A DNA stretch of 64,000 nt from Piromyces finnis finn (lineage: Eukaryota > Fungi > Neocallimastigomycota): positions 372,001 to 436,000 of the forward strand of contig MCFH01000007.1 in the NCBI GenBank assembly GCA_002104945.1, written 5' to 3'. This document shows positions 60,301 to 64,000 of this stretch, piece by piece. The translations under genes and the position numbers were made by a program. The number at the start of each line of letters is the position of its first letter. The stretch's first letter is position 1. The notes under the pieces were generated by a model. The model did no database searches and had not been told where the DNA came from. It worked only from the letters and a program-made list of their open reading frames with translations.

Positions 60301-61884
60301 GTCTACAATTGAAAAAGCAGTTGAAGTAAACTCTTTGGAAAGTTCATCTGTAGAAACATTAGGATCGTTGGATTTTGCTGAAAGTATTTGGAATTTATTA
60401 TGACTGAGAATAGATTCCTTTTCCTCAATACATTTTAATCTATTCCATTTCAGAATTTTCTTAGGAACATTAAAGTCATTAGAAAAATCTTCCATAGGAA
60501 TAATTTTACCATTAATAAGAAGTGGCTTATGGTCTGATACAGGATAAAAATTATTTATAAATGATCCTGAGTGAATAAGATCTTTCATCTTCGAATTGAT
60601 AAGAGCATGGTCAATGTCGGAAGATTGATCACCTCGAGTCCAAGAGATAGTAGACCCTCTAAGCGGAAGAATTTCCCAATCTCCTAATCCATTAGTTGAT
60701 AACCAGTTGGATAATTTTACTTTAGACATATTAAAATCACCAACAAGAATCGATGGATGGGATGAATGAGTTTGTAACCACAAGCGAACTTCTAACTTTG
60801 CATGATCAACATAGATGTTGTGATGACTATGAGGCATATAAACATTACCAATCGAGCATTTGAATCTATTCCAGAGACTAAAAGTATAAATAGAAATAAT
60901 ATACTTTCCAGAGAAGTTTTCAAGTGAGGCTTGACATGAATTGTGAAAACCTAAATATAAACCTCTCATTCCCGGAACTGATTCGTCGGCTTTCTTGAAA
61001 AAGTGTCTATAGTTTCGCAAAGTAACACGACAAGGATAATCTGTATTCGATCCAGAACCATTACCAGTTTCTTGGAAACATAAAAATAATGGTTTGAAAA
61101 TAGCTGTGAAATAGCTAATACTATCTCTCTTTTCGTGATTCCACCCATTGGTGTTCCAACTAAGACAAAAAGAAAAGTTATCAGGCTTGTTGGATGAGGA
61201 AGAATCGTTGCTATTATTATTATTATTAAAGTCATCGTTATTAATGGATGATGCATCAGAGGAATAAGTAGAACTATTACTAGATGGCTGTGAAACTGAA
61301 GAACTATCAACTATTGAACTGTTATCAGAGTTGATAGAGCTATTAGAATTAATTGTTGAATGTTGAGATTGAAATTGTGTTTGCTGTAGATCTGGAATAT
61401 TTTCATGATTGGAAACTTGTTGAAGATCTTGTTGAAGATCTAGTTGAAGATCGGATTGTTGATGAGATTGTTGAACTGATTGTTGAAATGATTGTTGAAT
61501 AGAATGTTGATGTTTATTAGAAACTAAAATTTTACGTTTGAGAGTGGAAAAAGTGTATTTGTGATTCCTTCTACTACGAGCTGAAAAGGAAATTGAGGTA
61601 ACTGAAAGTTTCTTCTTTAACATGTGTAAGATTTTAATACAATCTTTCGATGAACCATGAACCTTGACTAAGAAAAAGTGATCATTGAAAGTCTGAAAAT
61701 ATTTAACACTAATAACTGAATTAAATTTATCTTCTAGAATAACCTCGAGTTTTTCCCATAGCATATTTACTGACCATGATCGAATACCACGGATAAAGAA
61801 GGAGCGAATATCATCTAAGGGGATACCATAAGACCGGGTACCACGTCTGATATAATTCTTATCTTTAATATAAAGGACTGACAT
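57361..61884 (-). CDS. Single LINE ORF: RRM-like N-terminus, Q/S/N linker, AP endonuclease, reverse transcriptase, CCHC zinc knuckle; 1507 aa
   Basis: APE motifs SWNTNG, FQET, VGDFN, DIDH, SDHKP. RT motifs KASGPDGIP, LDLRKAYDSV, GVRQGCPLSP, LFADD, YLG. Knuckle CKCGVQSIKHWLLDC. The RRM call is inferred from the pattern only. Confidence 0.95.
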   Translation of the reverse strand: MSVLYIKDKNYIRRGTRSYGIPLDDIRSFFIRGIRSWSVNMLWEKLEVILEDKFNSVISVKYFQTFNDHFFLVKVHGSSKDCIKILHMLKKKLSVTSISFSARSRRNHKYTFSTLKRKILVSNKHQHSIQQSFQQSVQQSHQQSDLQLDLQQDLQQVSNHENIPDLQQTQFQSQHSTINSNSSINSDNSSIVDSSSVSQPSSNSSTYSSDASSINNDDFNNNNNSNDSSSSNKPDNFSFCLSWNTNGWNHEKRDSISYFTAIFKPLFLCFQETGNGSGSNTDYPCRVTLRNYRHFFKKADESVPGMRGLYLGFHNSCQASLENFSGKYIISIYTFSLWNRFKCSIGNVYMPHSHHNIYVDHAKLEVRLWLQTHSSHPSILVGDFNMSKVKLSNWLSTNGLGDWEILPLRGSTISWTRGDQSSDIDHALINSKMKDLIHSGSFINNFYPVSDHKPLLINGKIIPMEDFSNDFNVPKKILKWNRLKCIEEKESILSHNKFQILSAKSNDPNVSTDELSKEFTSTAFSIVDELSITSANNVIKSSFHISQQIFNLQKIKMKLYKRFKKERIYDIDEFIKRIKIYRKLIDYIHKRCNEFRKQEYLHWIKTGCEYMKSHNPKKAWKWIKKTAKIGKDSFFIAQPIKNKNGELVVATEEQLEVWHDHFEKLASDPSGVSLDLEHWYEEPMNKRFSLPMLDEWDINQDISIDEVKSAILTTPNYKASGPDGIPIEFYKALVPSSNDSNNATDNNSSGNTTSDNDAHGLNFILKLFNRIWDGDFPNSWNESSIVSIPKKGDLTDCDNYRGISLINNGIKLISKIVTTRISEYGLKNNFIRPEQFGFRKKEESISLFISIQEICRRRQLDNKETYLAFLDLRKAYDSVPIGNIFHKLDCLGIRGKSLQFIKNLYLTSKANVKLDGQFSKSFDVKKGVRQGCPLSPILFNLFINDIFRECEDLGVSLGDTRCCGGLFADDIVICAPTRGCLKKMLRRVNEWALYNEMEFGIQKCSTMVIRPESIENQNKRDPTFYLAGQPIPTTDCYTYLGVPFDKNLSLKPVIKALNNKVLKGLFSVSKFLRNPNIPIPFKKLVLNSQVISRVSYFAPLLGSNKARSRIAQKHVNKGIRWVAGVHKAVSFISLYSISKDLNIPPLSAKCALAQVRCFNKWKNSNCIISHLVNYIPKFRKYTWCKSSRTLDKKLKKHGDVKAVKNFYWKDLKGNSIKAQYYDDNKFIETKDFIKLCYEYPEFAYGFYWLLKARSGYKLDARVAKAAKFVDPVCPNYCPCCKCGVQSIKHWLLDCPTFRDIRIKHYDSIVQLLNFFSQRNSNSPINNNEIDNISRDSNNINSNSNNSSNNNSNSNNSNSNNSNNNNNRNNNISNDSNSEDNNSNLDSNLVNDSNSSNNPVNINVYDYSSVYSKIFKFLLGGRSFNNINYNSREWKELCKRQIQSDTNEGTPFLTVTAELLTKIMPFAIGQQWTMFKRFEATSKSVNAEETVRQARRASATNGDHNFVP

Positions 61885-62487
61885 GATAATTAATTCTAAT
61901 TAAAAAAATTGAATATAAAATAAATACTAATAAAAATTATAAATATAACGTATATGGAAAAAATCTGTCTCTCTCTCTCTTCTTAAAAGTACTGGATAGT
62001 ACAAAAATTGTTACGATACTTTGTTTAAAGTTTAAAGTTTCTTTTTTTGAATTCTAGTTGTTAACTTTTTTTAAAAATTCTAGTTTTGGTTTGTTGTTAG
62101 TAAATTCGAATCGCTTTTTGACACTAAACTTGTTTGACTTTACTTTTCATTAAATATTTAAATTGGTAAAAAATTTGAATCAAGAATGTCGACACCAGAA
62201 AGCTTGTGAATAGTATTTTTACATGATGTAGAGTGAATCAGTCTCTTACAAGAAACAATACAACAATAGCTACATGAATATAAAAGTACAATGCAAATGC
62301 TAAAGTTGACTACATTGGATTCTTACAAGAGAAGAGTAGTACTACAAGAATACATGAATAAAAGAAAAAATACAGCAACAAAATGTATTACTCTTCTAAT
62401 TAAATACTATACAAACTTACCTGAATATCAAACATTCAACTTATTCATCAAATACTTAAATTCGATGAATAAAATGTTTTTTAATCG

Positions 62488-62779
62488 CTCAGTACCATGA
62501 GCTTAGTCCTAATAATTTTCCCTTGAAGACTAACCAAGCATCCATTGCGCAATGCTTGGATTTAATTCTTTCTACTCTCTCAGTACCATGAGCATGAGTA
62601 GACCCCCTTGAGAAACTACATTTATTAAATAAATGAAGGCACATTCCTAAGAGGGCACCAAGCATCCATTGCGCAATACTTGGATTTAATTCTTTCTACT
62701 CTCTCAGTACCATGAGCATGAGTAGACCCCCTTGAGAAACTACATTTATTAAATAAATGAAGGCACGTTCCCAAGAGGG
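62488..62779 (-). repeat. 5' tandem monomers of LINE B (124-bp period plus one 91-bp variant unit)
   Basis: CTCAGTACCATGAGC starts at 62488, 62579 and 62703; ATTGCGCAAT palindromes at 62544 and 62668. Confidence 0.92.
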
Positions 62780-63346
62780 AAGCATCCTCTTGTTGGAGCA
62801 CAAATAACTATATAATAAAATAAAATGTTCCTAACTATTATATAACCTTTTTTTTTTTTTTATATTCCTTTTATTTCTACTTTTTTTTATACCCAATAAC
62901 TATTATAATACCACAACTGCTTTATTTTCACACACTTTATTAAAAAAATACACACACTTTAATTAATTTTTTTTATTATTTTTATTTTTTTTATGCGTTG
63001 AAAAATATATATTATAATATATATATTTTGAGATTATTATATAATATATGTTATTTTATGTAATAATTAAAAAAGTTATTTTAAATACAAATTAAATTAA
63101 AATAATAAATAACAAATTAGTTCTATGTTTATTTACTATTATTATTAATTAATTTATTTTTATATTTCTTCTATCTTTTAAAATATTTTATTTTTGTTTT
63201 TTGTATTATTATTTTAATTTTGTTTTAATTTTAATTTTTTTTTTATATTTGCTTTTATAGTTTTTATTTTATATTTTATATATGTGTTTTCTTTTTCTAT
63301 TTTCTTTATTATTTATAAAGAAAATTATCTATTTAGTTTAATTAAA

Positions 63347-64000
63347 TTAGAAAAAGATGTTTTCTCCACTTGTTTGATCATTGTTTTCTTTAACGAAGTA
63401 TTCAAAGTATTGGTAAATAGTAGTGACAGCAAGTAAGATACCAGTACCAGAACCAATAGCACCAAGTAAATCAGCGAAAATAGTTAAAGCACCAATTAAA
63501 AGACCACCAACAGAAGCAGCTAATGGGATAATCTTCTTTAATTCCTTGTACATAGAAGTATCACGGTGACCTCTCATAACTAATTGTTGTTCCTTAAGTT
63601 GAGTGGCAACATCTCTTGGGGAAGAACCAGAAACTTCAATCCAGGCCTTAGATAATAAAGCACAAGTAATTAACATGAAGGCAACGTAAACAACTAAGTG
63701 AATTGGATCACGGAGAGCAGCACTTAAACTACGTGGAGAAGACATGTAGTAAGCAAGACCTCCGGAAGCGAATTGTTGGTTGGAACCTTCGTAGTTAGTC
63801 CAAACACCTAATAATCTAACGAAGAAGTTACCCTTGAAACGGTTGTATAACATTTGAGATAAAAGGAAGAGGTTGGAAGTAAGAGCAGATTGAAGCATAA
63901 TTGGCATGTTAGAAGTGTAGAAGAGCTTGATTGGGTAGGAACCTTGTTGACCACGAACCTTGTTAGACTTGACTGGAATTTCAATTCTGAAACCTTGAAG
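63347..64000 (-). CDS. SEC61: Sec61 translocon alpha subunit, 3' part (gene continues beyond the window)
   Basis: Open frame from the window edge: [64 protein letters not shown]. Confidence 0.97.
   Translation of the reverse strand, partial: LQGFRIEIPVKSNKVRGQQGSYPIKLFYTSNMPIMLQSALTSNLFLLSQMLYNRFKGNFFVRLLGVWTNYEGSNQQFASGGLAYYMSSPRSLSAALRDPIHLVVYVAFMLITCALLSKAWIEVSGSSPRDVATQLKEQQLVMRGHRDTSMYKELKKIIPLAASVGGLLIGALTIFADLLGAIGSGTGILLAVTTIYQYFEYFVKENNDQTSGENIFF

Larger units (their letters stand above)
57100..62813 (-). mobile_element. Non-LTR retrotransposon copy B, full-length and apparently intact
   Basis: ~22-nt poly(A) tail at ~57098-57119, ~240-nt 3' UTR, single 1507-aa ORF, ~900-nt 5' UTR ending in tandem monomers. 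Confidence 0.95.

Noticed and set aside
62291-62500. 69-aa antisense ORF in the LINE B 5' UTR (and ORF 56865-57071 in A)
   Set aside because: Not conserved between the two copies because A lacks ~260 bp here.
62488-62779. CRISPR-like reading of the monomer array
   Set aside because: Units are contiguous with no unique spacers, there are no cas genes, and the context is eukaryotic.
62814-62830. TAAAATAAA shared between the left flank of LINE A and the right flank of LINE B as a TSD
   Set aside because: Not flush with the junctions and too low in complexity.

Overview
Very AT-rich eukaryotic genomic DNA. Fungal-type Sec61/NDT80 proteins, short GT-AG introns, codon usage and near-pure A/T intergenic DNA suggest an anaerobic gut fungus (Neocallimastigomycota); this is an inference. 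Host genes: an intronless ABCC/MRP transporter, tRNA-Ser(UGA), a 7-exon HMG-CoA synthase, an orphan Q/N/K-rich protein, a small EF-hand protein, a 2-exon NDT80/PhoG-family transcription factor, tRNA-Glu(CUC) and the 3' part of Sec61 alpha. About half the window is transposon-derived: an 18.5-kb Ty3/Gypsy tandem array (LTR-int-LTR-int-LTR), a probable solo LTR, a piggyBac-type MITE, and a head-to-tail stack of two full-length single-ORF LINEs on an older LINE relic. Two signals stand out. (1) Both tRNA genes have a TGATA...ATCA-bounded element starting 16 and 15 nt upstream of the mature 5' end, suggesting Ty3/DGLT-A-like tRNA-gene targeting. (2) The LINE encodes an RRM-like domain fused to APE-RT-zinc knuckle, carries structured 124-bp 5' monomers that end at the same base in both copies, and both 5' junctions are capped by short pieces copied from one site inside the RT ORF.
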